Shown: positions 1-8,773, numbered from the stretch's first letter. The stretch: 59,150 bases of DNA from SAR324 cluster bacterium (GCA_028280735.1 JANQLH010000170.1:1-59150); one strand, 5' to 3'. A program made the numbers and translations. Notes: generated from the sequence alone by a model not told the origin.

Positions 1-318
1 GCTTTTTCTTCAGGCGTCAGCACTATGCCACGCCCTTCAGTGCCTGATGATTCAGGATGTGAGACCGGTAGAGGATTCTGAAGAATTTCCCTGGCGTGCA
101 AATCGGGGAGATTGGATAATACTATAAAAGAGGAAATGAGGAGTAAACAGAATACCAGTCTATGTATCATATCTTGATAAAGCTAATTATCGTTAAGAAC
201 AAAGAGGTATATTTTTTACAATCATTCTTTCAACAGCATCCTAAACAACCTTATTATTCTGTTTTTATCACCCCGTATATTACTACCGGACTGGTAAAAA
301 AGCAATTTATCTTTCCCT

Positions 319-639
319 TTGATTAAAAATGAAATGCTGGCTTTTTGTAGGGTATTAAGATACTCAACAGCACAAACTACGATTGTTTCCATCAGAAAAA
401 AGCAGCCCGAATCTCAGCCCTGTCCGGTGTCAAAGGAATGGTTGGATTCCGTGAAAAGCGACGCTACCCGAAGATCGTATAGGTACACGATTGATTATTA
501 TCTGTCGTCTGCCGGAAACTATGCCATAGACTCCCATGACAATGCCTTCTTTACCAGATTTCAAAACAACCTTGCTGCGAAAGGACATTCTGAAAACACG
601 ATTGCCAAAAACCTTAGACAACTTTTGTATTCAAAATAG
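319..639 (+). pseudogene. Truncated tyrosine recombinase (phage-type integrase) fragment, N-terminal SAM-like core-binding domain only
   Basis: The 106-aa ORF contains WLDSVKSDATRRSYRYTIDYYL...FFTRFQNNLAAKGHSENTIAKNLRQLL, which follows the helix pattern of integrase N-terminal SAM-like domains. The ORF stops before any catalytic R..HxxR..Y domain, so it cannot encode a working recombinase. This is a by-eye family call. Confidence 0.35.
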
Positions 640-728
640 GTATTATTTACCCGTATCTTCACAAGTCGTTCATTTATCTGTTCAGATATGATCTTTGATA
701 AACCATGGATTGACCTATCCAGCGCTTG

Positions 729-748
729 GATATATACTGGTATATATC
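729..748. promoter_or_regulatory. Inverted repeat GATATATA-N4-TATATATC upstream of vapB, a candidate operator or -10 region
   Basis: The arms are a perfect 8-bp match at 729-736 and 741-748, 31 nt upstream of the vapB ATG. VapBC complexes typically autoregulate through palindromic operators that overlap their promoter. The sequence is AT-rich, so a chance match is possible. Confidence 0.3.
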
Positions 749-778
749 ATTTCCGGTTTGATTAACCATGGAGACTTT

Positions 779-1012
779 ATGGAAGCAATCGCAAAGCTAT
801 TCAAGAACGGGCGTTCTCAAGCTGTTCGTCTGCCAAAACAATTTCGCTTTGAAGGCCAGGAAGTCAAGATTCGGAAAGAAGGCAATAAGGTTATTTTAGA
901 GCCTTTGGATAAAGACAAGTGGGCAAACGATTTTTGGGATTTGTTTACAGAAGATCCCGAATTTGATGTTCCGATACCGTTATCTACCACACCTTTTGAC
1001 TTGGACAAATAA
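779..1012 (+). CDS. vapB: VapB-type antitoxin (AbrB/SpoVT fold)
   Basis: The track ORF starts at TTG 695, but the conserved N-terminus begins at ATG 779. MEAIAKLFKNGRSQAVRLPKQFRFEGQEVKIRKEGNKVILEP is the classic VapB/AbrB-like antitoxin N-terminus. The TAA stop at 1010-1012 lies 3 nt before the vapC ATG. Confidence 0.85.
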   Translation: MEAIAKLFKNGRSQAVRLPKQFRFEGQEVKIRKEGNKVILEPLDKDKWANDFWDLFTEDPEFDVPIPLSTTPFDLDK

Positions 1013-1015
1013 AAG

Positions 1016-1420
1016 ATGATCATTCTTGACACGAATATCGTCAGTTATTGGATGAGAGGAAATGAGCTAATCCTGAACAAGTTGAAACAACAGAAACCAA
1101 GCGACCTATCGATCTCGACAATAACGCTGGCTGAAATTCTATATGGAATAGAAAAATCTCCTGTAAAAAAGAAACTACGACGAAATCGAATTGAAGCTAT
1201 CTGTTCTCAACTTGAAATATACCCATTTGATCAGGATGCTGCACGTAAATATGCGGTAATCCGATCATTTCTTGAGAAAAAAGGAATACCGATCAGCGAA
1301 CGTGATTTACAAATAGCCTCAATTGCCGTTGCTAATCAATTTCGATTGATTACTCATAACACAAAAGAATTTAGTCGCGTTCCAAAACTCATCGTCGAAG
1401 ACTGGATAAAAGAGATTTGA
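1016..1420 (+). CDS. vapC: VapC PIN-domain ribonuclease toxin
   Basis: The 134-aa product starts at ATG 1016. MIILDTNIVSYWMRG carries the first PIN acidic residue. TLAEILYG, ERDLQIASIA and ITHNTKEF match the remaining conserved PIN positions. The gene is tightly coupled to vapB. Confidence 0.9.
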   Translation: MIILDTNIVSYWMRGNELILNKLKQQKPSDLSISTITLAEILYGIEKSPVKKKLRRNRIEAICSQLEIYPFDQDAARKYAVIRSFLEKKGIPISERDLQIASIAVANQFRLITHNTKEFSRVPKLIVEDWIKEI

Positions 1421-1645
1421 CAGTATAAACGACAAACAAAAACGGCCTCGGTTTAAGGTATTGACATCCTTAATGCACAACCAACCTTCGGACATCACAG
1501 ACAAATTAACAATGACATATTAAATCAGTCGGTTTCAACAAAGTACAATAATAAAAGCCTTCGTCAACCCAAACCCAATCCACAACTATTTTCGATGGAC
1601 TAAACGAAAGGTCTATCATAACAGAGTGTTTAGTGTGCCATCCCG

Positions 1646-1693
1646 TGGGATTCCTAATCCTCAGCTCCAGATTCGAGTCCTGGTGGGGCACCA
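1646..1693 (+). other. tRNA 3'-half-like remnant (anticodon arm, T arm and 3' acceptor strand), a possible att-site relic
   Basis: The piece reads TGGGA-TTCCTAA-TCCTC (anticodon-arm-like, CCT anticodon position), AGCT, CCAGA-TTCGAGT-CCTGG (T arm with a TTCGA loop and an A.C mismatch at the 53-61 pair), then TGGGGCACCA. No complementary 5' acceptor strand or D arm exists upstream, so it is not an intact tRNA gene. Confidence 0.3.
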
Positions 1694-2114
1694 TCAAATA
1701 ACAGCTACTTACGCCTGTTTCACCCATTAAAAACGCCCCTTTTTCAATTCACATAACTTCCCAAATTTCCTGCGTCCGCTGGACATAGCTTTTCACGATT
1801 TCCCAATATATTCACAGCAGAGCATGAAATGAAACAGACTTGAACAATCAAGTGAAATTGAAATTGATGCCAATAAAAATGCGATTGTAAACGTTTTGGC
1901 GAGTTAGATTGAGGAAGAAAACAATAAGATGTAAAGACTTACTATACAGTACGGAAACTCTCCCCAACCATCTACTGGTCCGTCTCTCTGTTGAAACCGT
2001 TGTCACTCAATGGTCAACTCAATCGAATTCAACGGACATATCGAGATTGAATTTTCACGTTTGAAACAAGTTCTACCTAGTTGTCATTCATAAATATGAA
2101 TATGACATAAACCA

Positions 2115-2393
2115 TTAATTTTTCAGTGTATTGAGGAACTCCAGGCATTCTGATTGTTTTATTTTTGATTCATGGAAGTCAAAATATGTCCAATCTGCTC
2201 CCCTTATAAAACTAACCAACATCCCTTCATAAATAAACATCCCAAAACTTGACTTATAATCAAAAACAACATTTTCATCGAGCGATAATAAACTATCAAA
2301 AAAGGTCCTGTCTTCTGGAAATATTGAATCATCACTAAAGGATTTCACTTTTTTAATTTGCCCACTCCAAACTTGATTATTCGATTCACCCAT
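2115..2393 (-). CDS. Hypothetical small protein (92 aa)
   Basis: This is an ATG-initiated ORF on the same strand as, and downstream of, the sensor kinase. I recognise no motif in it. It is called only because it is the sole sizeable ORF in an otherwise empty 1.2-kb stretch. Confidence 0.3.
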   Translation of the reverse strand: MGESNNQVWSGQIKKVKSFSDDSIFPEDRTFFDSLLSLDENVVFDYKSSFGMFIYEGMLVSFIRGADWTYFDFHESKIKQSECLEFLNTLKN

Positions 2394-2642
2394 ATAATAC
2401 CCTCTGAGTCCGTTGATTTGATAAATAAACCAAATTGGTAACTCTTTTTTTCACTCAAAGAAGAGACTTCAAGGGTATAAGACTTTAAATTATCAAGTAT
2501 TTGTTCCTCTATTCGACATAACAAGAGGTGAAATCGACGAAACCAATGAGATGCCAGCGAAATACAAATATTACAAAATCTTATCGTTTTACTATTCTGA
2601 TAATCTTTCGACGAAATAAATGCCCTGGAAGATGAAATCGAC

Positions 2643-5285
2643 CTATTTTATAAATGCGGTCAAGTTTTCAGAAAATTTATCAGAGACTTTTATTGAAACT
2701 GGATCTTCAAAATCGCATTTGAAAATTATCTTTCTTCTTTTTGCTTTATCGATTTGATTAGAATTTACCAAACTGGACTTGTTTACTTGAATAAGATCCG
2801 GGCAAAAATCGACAATCGATTTTAAGGTCATTTTTAAAATTAGAAGATATTGCTTATTGTGGTAAGAGAAGGCTTTTATATAGTCTTTTTCAGATTGAAC
2901 ATAAACAATCTCATCAATTTTTTTGTAGATCTCTTGAATGTTTTTCGGGGGCCGTCTTGCTATTTGGAGCGTATTCAAGCAGTTTTCGATTCTACTGAGC
3001 AACTCGATTTTTTGGATCGGCTTTACGATATAGTCATTACCTCCAGCCAAAAACCCATCTCTCATGTCAATATCTCGCCCTTTAGCCGATTGGAAAATAA
3101 TTGGTAGCTGAGACTTGTTGAATTTTTTTCTTATTTGATGACAGACTTTATAGCCGTCAATATTGGGCATCATGATGTCCAATAGGATTAAATCCGGTTT
3201 TTGCTCGTCCAGTTTTGCAATTAACTCTTCTCCAGAACTAATTGGAACAACGTTGTATTGTCCTTCCAGAAAATTGATCAGCACAGCAAGGTTCGTCGTG
3301 TCGTCGTCAACGATATAAATAGATTTATCCAGCTTTGCGTTTGATTTCGGTTTTAAAACCAGGGGAGGCATTGGCCGGCTGGCACCTTCCGGTTTAGTTG
3401 AAAGTAACTCAATAGACTTTGATTTTGCTGCCGGAAGTGTAAAGTAAAAGGTTGTTCCCTCGTTCATTTTGGATTTGTACCTGATTGATCCCCCATGTAG
3501 CTCAACCAGGGTTTTTGTTATATTTAGGCCTAACCCGGTGCCCAATTGCGAGCCTTTTTCAAATCGCTCAAACACCTTGTCCTTCATCTCTTCTGGAATA
3601 CCAATACCTGTATCAAGCACTAGTATCTCAACGAACTCTCCCTTTTCAGACGCTATCACTGAAATACTTCCTTTGGGTGTGTATTTGATTGCATTGGATA
3701 TCAGGTTGTCCATAATTTGGATTAGTCGTTCTAAATCAGCCTCAACCAGTGTTCCTTCTTCAATTTTGTCATATAGCTTAAGTCCCTTGTTTTTGATTTC
3801 AAAATCGTGATGTCTTTGAAAGCTGAAAAAGAACTCCTTGAAATCTATCGATATCGGTCGAAGCGTGATGTCATCATTTTTAATTTTTACAAGATCCAAA
3901 ATATCATTGATTAGTCGCAACAAACGATTGGAGCTCTGTTCTATCAAATTTAGATCACCCATGACAGACTTTACCCGACTGCCGGACTTTTCAATAATTG
4001 ACTGGGTTAACCCGATAATCCCATTTAAGGGTGTTTTAAGTTCATGCGAAGTATTTGCAAGTACCTCGTCTTTTATTTCTATTGCCTTGGTTAACATGGC
4101 ATTCTTATCAATCAACTCCTCGATCGTCTCATTCAACCTGCTGCCAATGACTGAAGATAAGAAGACAACTCCGAACACCATGCCGATATACAATGAAAGC
4201 GGGGAATAAGGATTCTTGAGAAAATCCAATTGATAGAGAATCAAAATAATACCGGCTGCGAGAGCGAACACCCAGGAGATAATATAATATCGGGCTTGTT
4301 TATTGGACTTCGTCCAGAGATACAGGCAAGAGACAATGAAGAATGTTTGAGCAAACATAAAGGAAATGACTGTCAACTTAAGAGTGTCAAAAAAGAATGA
4401 AGCCAAAGTTAAAACTGAAAACTCTATTGAAAATAAGACCAAAACATAATGGATTGGTTTATTGGATTCCCTGGTATTTAAAAATGAAGCTACAAAAAGT
4501 GTGGCCGATAACGACATCAACGGCAAAAAATGGGTGTTGGCTGCTGAAGTAAACCAACTGGGGAACCACCTCCAAAGCAGTCTGAAGCCTTCTCCTTGAA
4601 ACGACATAGCCCACAACAAAAAAGCCAGTAAGAAAAACACGTAAAACACATAGGCCATTTCCCTTACTTGTATAAATATCATCAGATTATAAAGCGCCAT
4701 GGCCAACATGATTCCAAAGATTGCTCCATAAAATAACTGGATGTTACTCACATGCTCAATGTAATCTTCCACATTGAAAAGCCTTGCCGGAACTTTTAAC
4801 GATCCTTTTGTTTTTAGATGGATATAAAAAGTAGAAGGAATGTTTTCGTTCAGTTTAACCATAAAAACATTAAGACGGTAATCGATGGATCGTCTGGAAA
4901 ACTCAGTCATATCTCCGCCCTCTTGCATCTCCCATTTTCCTTCGACACAGTGAAAAAAACTTAGGTGATCGATCATTGAGTTATCGATTTCAAGGAGCAG
5001 TGTTTTTGAAGTAACCGAATAAAGCGTGACTCTTAACCAGTAAGCCGAATCTGTATATCCAAAATTAAAAATGTCTTCGCTTGACGATTTAAACCTGATT
5101 GAGTAGTCACCATTTATGATATCAGATAGTTCTGCGCTGTCGTCTATAACTTCAAGGTATTCGATGTGTTTACCGATAAATCCACTTTCAAACACTGAGA
5201 CATCCAATTGTTTTGAGTAAACATGGCTACTTAATAAAGTAGCTGATACACACACAAGAATGATAAACTTCAAGAGGCTTTTCAT
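2643..5285 (-). CDS. Membrane hybrid two-component protein: 7TMR-DISM sensor, histidine kinase, receiver and LytTR DNA-binding domain in one chain
   Basis: The 880-aa product shows these elements in order:
- signal peptide MKSLLKFIILVCVSATLLS
- a periplasmic DISMED2-like region, then about 7 TM helices (aa ~185-385)
- H box SHELKTPL (His codon 4044-4046)
- N box DNLISNAIKYT and G boxes DTGIGI and GTGLGL
- receiver IYIVDDD...DLILLDIMMP (Asp codon 3177-3179)...YIVKP
- a C-terminal LytTR-like segment, IVYVQSEKDYIKAFSYHNKQYLLILKMTLKSIVDFCPDLIQVNKSSLVNSNQI (nt ~2643-2935). Confidence 0.9.
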   Translation of the reverse strand: MKSLLKFIILVCVSATLLSSHVYSKQLDVSVFESGFIGKHIEYLEVIDDSAELSDIINGDYSIRFKSSSEDIFNFGYTDSAYWLRVTLYSVTSKTLLLEIDNSMIDHLSFFHCVEGKWEMQEGGDMTEFSRRSIDYRLNVFMVKLNENIPSTFYIHLKTKGSLKVPARLFNVEDYIEHVSNIQLFYGAIFGIMLAMALYNLMIFIQVREMAYVFYVFFLLAFLLWAMSFQGEGFRLLWRWFPSWFTSAANTHFLPLMSLSATLFVASFLNTRESNKPIHYVLVLFSIEFSVLTLASFFFDTLKLTVISFMFAQTFFIVSCLYLWTKSNKQARYYIISWVFALAAGIILILYQLDFLKNPYSPLSLYIGMVFGVVFLSSVIGSRLNETIEELIDKNAMLTKAIEIKDEVLANTSHELKTPLNGIIGLTQSIIEKSGSRVKSVMGDLNLIEQSSNRLLRLINDILDLVKIKNDDITLRPISIDFKEFFFSFQRHHDFEIKNKGLKLYDKIEEGTLVEADLERLIQIMDNLISNAIKYTPKGSISVIASEKGEFVEILVLDTGIGIPEEMKDKVFERFEKGSQLGTGLGLNITKTLVELHGGSIRYKSKMNEGTTFYFTLPAAKSKSIELLSTKPEGASRPMPPLVLKPKSNAKLDKSIYIVDDDTTNLAVLINFLEGQYNVVPISSGEELIAKLDEQKPDLILLDIMMPNIDGYKVCHQIRKKFNKSQLPIIFQSAKGRDIDMRDGFLAGGNDYIVKPIQKIELLSRIENCLNTLQIARRPPKNIQEIYKKIDEIVYVQSEKDYIKAFSYHNKQYLLILKMTLKSIVDFCPDLIQVNKSSLVNSNQIDKAKRRKIIFKCDFEDPVSIKVSDKFSENLTAFIK

Positions 5286-5808
5286 GGATTCTGTCTTCTA
5301 TTTAATATTTTTACTATTTGTCATCGCAAGACTGATTACATTTATTATTTCTCGCAAGAACGAGAAGAGATTAAAAGAAAACGGTGCTGTTGAATACGGG
5401 AAACCCATTTCCATAATGATCATCATATTCATTGGTACCTACACGTTTGCTGTGCTGGCTGAAGGCATCTACACCAAAGTACAGTTTTCTCAGCTCACTA
5501 TATACGGACTAGCGATTTATCTATTTAGCATGGTGATGATTGCCTTTGTAATTAAATCCCTGGGTTCGATGTGGACAGTTAAACTGATAATAGATAAAGA
5601 AAATCAAATCATTAATAAAAACTTTTTATTCAAGTACATCAGACACCCAAATTACTTTCTGGGTATCTTCCCGGAACTGGTAGGCATGGGACTAATATTT
5701 GACGCTGTGTACTCAATGGCATTTATAATGCCCCTGGCTGTATTCGCCGTAATAATAAGAATAATTCAGGAGGAACGGGTAATGCGTGAGCATTTTCCGG
5801 TGTTTTAG
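5260..5808 (+). CDS. ICMT/PEMT-like integral membrane methyltransferase family protein
   Basis: The 182-aa product is multi-TM. FKYIRHPNYFLGIFPELVGMGLIF matches the RHPxY-hydrophobic-G signature of the isoprenylcysteine carboxyl / phospholipid methyltransferase family. The start is uncertain: ATG 5260 and ATG 5284 both overlap the divergent kinase start at 5285. Confidence 0.65.
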   Translation: MINFKRLFMDSVFYLIFLLFVIARLITFIISRKNEKRLKENGAVEYGKPISIMIIIFIGTYTFAVLAEGIYTKVQFSQLTIYGLAIYLFSMVMIAFVIKSLGSMWTVKLIIDKENQIINKNFLFKYIRHPNYFLGIFPELVGMGLIFDAVYSMAFIMPLAVFAVIIRIIQEERVMREHFPVF

Positions 5809-6579
5809 ATTTTTTTTGGCAAAATCATCTAAAATAGCAACACAATCGGTATCTGTAACGAGAGCTTTTAAACTTAAATCAAGATTCCTGCTCTTGTGAC
5901 GTTGAAACACCGTAGATTCAAACTATCAAAAGGGTTTGGTTTAACCTTGTTTGAATCTTAAACAGGTTAGTTTATACAGAGCCTGTTCATCAACCCGGCA
6001 AGCAACTTTTACCTGCGACCGACATCTGGCGACTAATCCAAACGAAATGGTATTTTCACTGGTTGGAATAGAAAGCTTAGTTGTTTTAAGTCCCCTAAAA
6101 TGTTTGCACACACTTATCTTCATATGTTTACCCAATTTAAAACTTCAAAAGCATTCCAGGAAATAGTTTTTCGTAGTCATATTTAATATCGTTTTTGGTT
6201 ACTTCCCATTTACGGCCTAGTTTGCTTCGTGCTTCGCGATTTTACCAATGCGGGACAGATTCCGGTGATTAAGTCACCGGTTATAAACTGTACAATCTTT
6301 TCGGGACTATGATTCAAAACCGGCAGCTTAACGTTTCTTGTGCGTCAATCCCTGTAAAGCAATTTACTCGGTGAAGGCAGTATCGCAAGGCGAGGGGTAC
6401 TCACTTTTGTCACAAAAAACGATTTCTCTGCAGTAATCCAAAAACAGTAACTATCCCAATAACTTTTTGACAATTTGCCATTATAACAATAATTTAAATA
6501 AATCATCGTTTGTTTTTACAAGATAAAAAATACTACTAAGAAGGCATATCAGTATTTTTAAAATAAATGCGGCAGTAGA

Positions 6580-7554
6580 ATGAAGGAGAACGTCGTGGTA
6601 AAACCTTTGGTTTTCATGTTTTCAGGGCAAGGCTCCCAGTACTATCACATGGGAAAAGAACTATTTGAAGAGAATGAACTGTTTAGAAAATGGCTACAAG
6701 AGTTTGATACTATCATCACTGATATCTATGGAAAATCCCCATTAGAATTGATTTATCATCCAAATAAAAACAAGGGTGATGATTTTTCTTCAACGGTTGA
6801 ATCCAGTCTTGCAATTATTGTAATTGAATTGGCAATGACCAAACTGTTAATGGAATATGGTATTAATCCCGACTATTTATTGGGAGCCAGCCTTGGAGAG
6901 GTAACTTCCGCAATTATCGCTGAAACCAGCGACTTAAATGATACTCTTACTTATCTGATCAATCGCTTGGAATACTTTGAAGGTCATTGTGGAAAAGGTA
7001 AAATGATCGGTATTTTGGACAATCCCACCATCTATGATTCAACACCTATCTTGAGGGAAACCAGTGAAATTGCCGCAGTCAATTTCGATTCCCATTTTGT
7101 TATATCGTGCCGGGATCATCATGTAGAGCCCATTGAGGAGTATTTAAAGACGCAAAATATCGTCTTTCAGACCCTACCGGTTTCAATCGCCTTCCATTCT
7201 TCCGCGATAGACGTTGCCAAAGCACACTGCCTGAATGAAGCAGGTGACATTTCCCTGAAACCGCCAAAAATCAAGTTTGTCTCCAGTACTCATGCCAGGC
7301 AAATCGACCGCCTTAAAAGTGATTATTTTTGGGATGTCTTTCGGCAACCTATTCAATTTCAAAAAACCATTCAAAACATGGAAGCATCAGGCAACTTTGT
7401 TTACATCGATTTGGGCCCTGCAGGGACCTTAGCTAATTTCGTCAAATATAATTTAAAAAAGAACACGAGTTCTGCAGTATTTCCAATTTTAAATCCCTTT
7501 GGACAGGACGTGAAAAACCTTGAAAGACTTCAGCAGTTCATACTTACAAACTGA
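6580..7554 (+). CDS. Discrete acyltransferase-like protein (trans-AT or AT-like acyl hydrolase), GASLGE variant
   Basis: The 324-aa product has FMFSGQGSQYYHMG (GQGSQ motif), a GASLGEVTSAI nucleophile elbow with Ala in place of the usual His, an Arg 25 residues after the Ser, and SIAFHSS. There is an alternative in-frame GTG start at 6595, 6 nt after AAGGAG. Confidence 0.85.
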   Translation: MKENVVVKPLVFMFSGQGSQYYHMGKELFEENELFRKWLQEFDTIITDIYGKSPLELIYHPNKNKGDDFSSTVESSLAIIVIELAMTKLLMEYGINPDYLLGASLGEVTSAIIAETSDLNDTLTYLINRLEYFEGHCGKGKMIGILDNPTIYDSTPILRETSEIAAVNFDSHFVISCRDHHVEPIEEYLKTQNIVFQTLPVSIAFHSSAIDVAKAHCLNEAGDISLKPPKIKFVSSTHARQIDRLKSDYFWDVFRQPIQFQKTIQNMEASGNFVYIDLGPAGTLANFVKYNLKKNTSSAVFPILNPFGQDVKNLERLQQFILTN

Positions 7555-7570
7555 TATCAACGGAGAAAAA

Positions 7571-8773
7571 ATGAAAGCTTATATATTCCCGGGACAAGGT
7601 TCACAGGTTAAAGGCATGGGAGGTGATCTCTTTGATGAATTTGAAGATCTCACCCAAAAAGCCGATGAGATTTTGGATTATTCCATAAAAAAGCTTTGTC
7701 TGGAAAATCCCGACAGAAAACTTAAGCAAACTCAATTCACACAACCTGCTCTTTATGTAGTCAATGCTTTGACCTATTTAAAAAAAGTTAAAGACGGTGA
7801 AACAATCCCGGATTTTGTAGCCGGACATAGCCTCGGAGAATACAATGCTCTTCTGGCAGCAAACGCTTATGATTTTGAAACCGGGTTGAAACTGGTGAAA
7901 AAAAGGGGGGATTTGATGAGCAGGGCTTCAGGCGGAGCAATGGCAGCTGTGCTCGGTTTGACTGAAGAAGAAACAAAAAACGTCCTGCAAACGGCTAACC
8001 TGGACAGCATTGATATTGCAAATTTGAATGCCCTAACACAAATAGTTATCTCAGGCACCCGGGAAGATATTGAAAAAGCGCAACCTGTTTTTGAAAAAGA
8101 GGATGCGACCTACATACCCTTAAATGTTAGTGCAGCTTTTCATTCCAGATACATGCAAAACGCCAGGGACGAATTTGAAGACTACTTAAAAGAGTTCACC
8201 TTCCAGGAGCTGAACATTCCGGTAATATCAAATGTTACTGCAACACCCTATCAACAAGGCGATATTGTTCAAAACCTGGCCGAACAATTAAGATCTTCGG
8301 TACGATGGTCTGACAGCGTGCAATATATGCTGGCCCGGGGAGTCACAGATTTTGAGGAATTGGGCCCGGGCGATGTATTGACAAAGCTGGTAACCAGAAT
8401 CAAATCGGATGAACCTCCCCAGACTGCCAGCACTAGAGATGAAAACACCGAAAAGAGCTTGGGAGCAGATGAAAATACCGTACAATCCGAAGAATCGCAG
8501 ATCAACAAACGGGATACTACCAAAAAAAATGTTGACGATGTCGATTCTGAAGAAGCAGGAAGAGCAGCCTACAAAAAAAGAATTGAAGCCGTACACCATC
8601 AAATTGCAGAATGGAATCAAAACCATCCTATTGGCACCAAAGTGACCTGCGATGGTTTTGAAGATCAATTGCAGACAAGAACGGAAGCTATGATGTTGTT
8701 TGGTCACAGGGCAGCAATATATATGGAAGGCTACAACGGCTATTTCGCTCTGGACGACATTTCACCCGGGTAA
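7571..8773 (+). CDS. Discrete malonyl-CoA:ACP acyltransferase (FabD-like trans-AT) with a C-terminal extension
   Basis: ATG 7571 is preceded by GGAGAAAAA (the track ORF starts upstream at 7520). Motifs are IFPGQGSQVKGMG, GHSLGEYNALLAA, an Arg at +25 (KKRG, the FabD R117 position) and SAAFHSRYM. After the AT core (~8400) come a ~55-aa acidic/polar linker and a ~65-aa tail. Confidence 0.9.
   Translation: MKAYIFPGQGSQVKGMGGDLFDEFEDLTQKADEILDYSIKKLCLENPDRKLKQTQFTQPALYVVNALTYLKKVKDGETIPDFVAGHSLGEYNALLAANAYDFETGLKLVKKRGDLMSRASGGAMAAVLGLTEEETKNVLQTANLDSIDIANLNALTQIVISGTREDIEKAQPVFEKEDATYIPLNVSAAFHSRYMQNARDEFEDYLKEFTFQELNIPVISNVTATPYQQGDIVQNLAEQLRSSVRWSDSVQYMLARGVTDFEELGPGDVLTKLVTRIKSDEPPQTASTRDENTEKSLGADENTVQSEESQINKRDTTKKNVDDVDSEEAGRAAYKKRIEAVHHQIAEWNQNHPIGTKVTCDGFEDQLQTRTEAMMLFGHRAAIYMEGYNGYFALDDISPG

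Noticed and set aside
1-170. Edge ORFs. A minus-strand ORF starts at the complement of 168-170 (MIHRLVFCLLLISSFIVLSNLPDL..., signal-anchor-like) and runs off the left edge. Plus-strand frames also enter from the left and stop at 81 or ~127.
   Set aside because: Only about 56 codons are visible, I recognise no motif, and competing frames on both strands are open. I cannot tell which, if any, is real.
1617-1693. A possible intact tRNA gene ending in GGGGCACCA.
   Set aside because: No 5' acceptor strand complementary to TGGGGCA or GTGGGGC is present, and no D arm lies upstream. The T stem has an A.C mismatch at the conserved 53-61 pair. I report only a 3'-half remnant, at low confidence.
1506-1727. 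73-aa minus-strand ORF from the track.
   Set aside because: It overlaps the tRNA-like fragment, has no recognisable motif and has an odd composition, so it is probably a chance ORF.
5941-6340. Short minus-strand reading-frame pieces (for example LPVLNHSPEKIVQFITGDLITGICPALVKS and GRKWEVTKNDIKYDYEKLFPGMLLKF) that could be a decayed gene, plus track ORFs 5941-6135 and 5951-6166.
   Set aside because: The pieces are interrupted by stops and frame changes, and I cannot assign any family. This is insufficient evidence for a pseudogene call.
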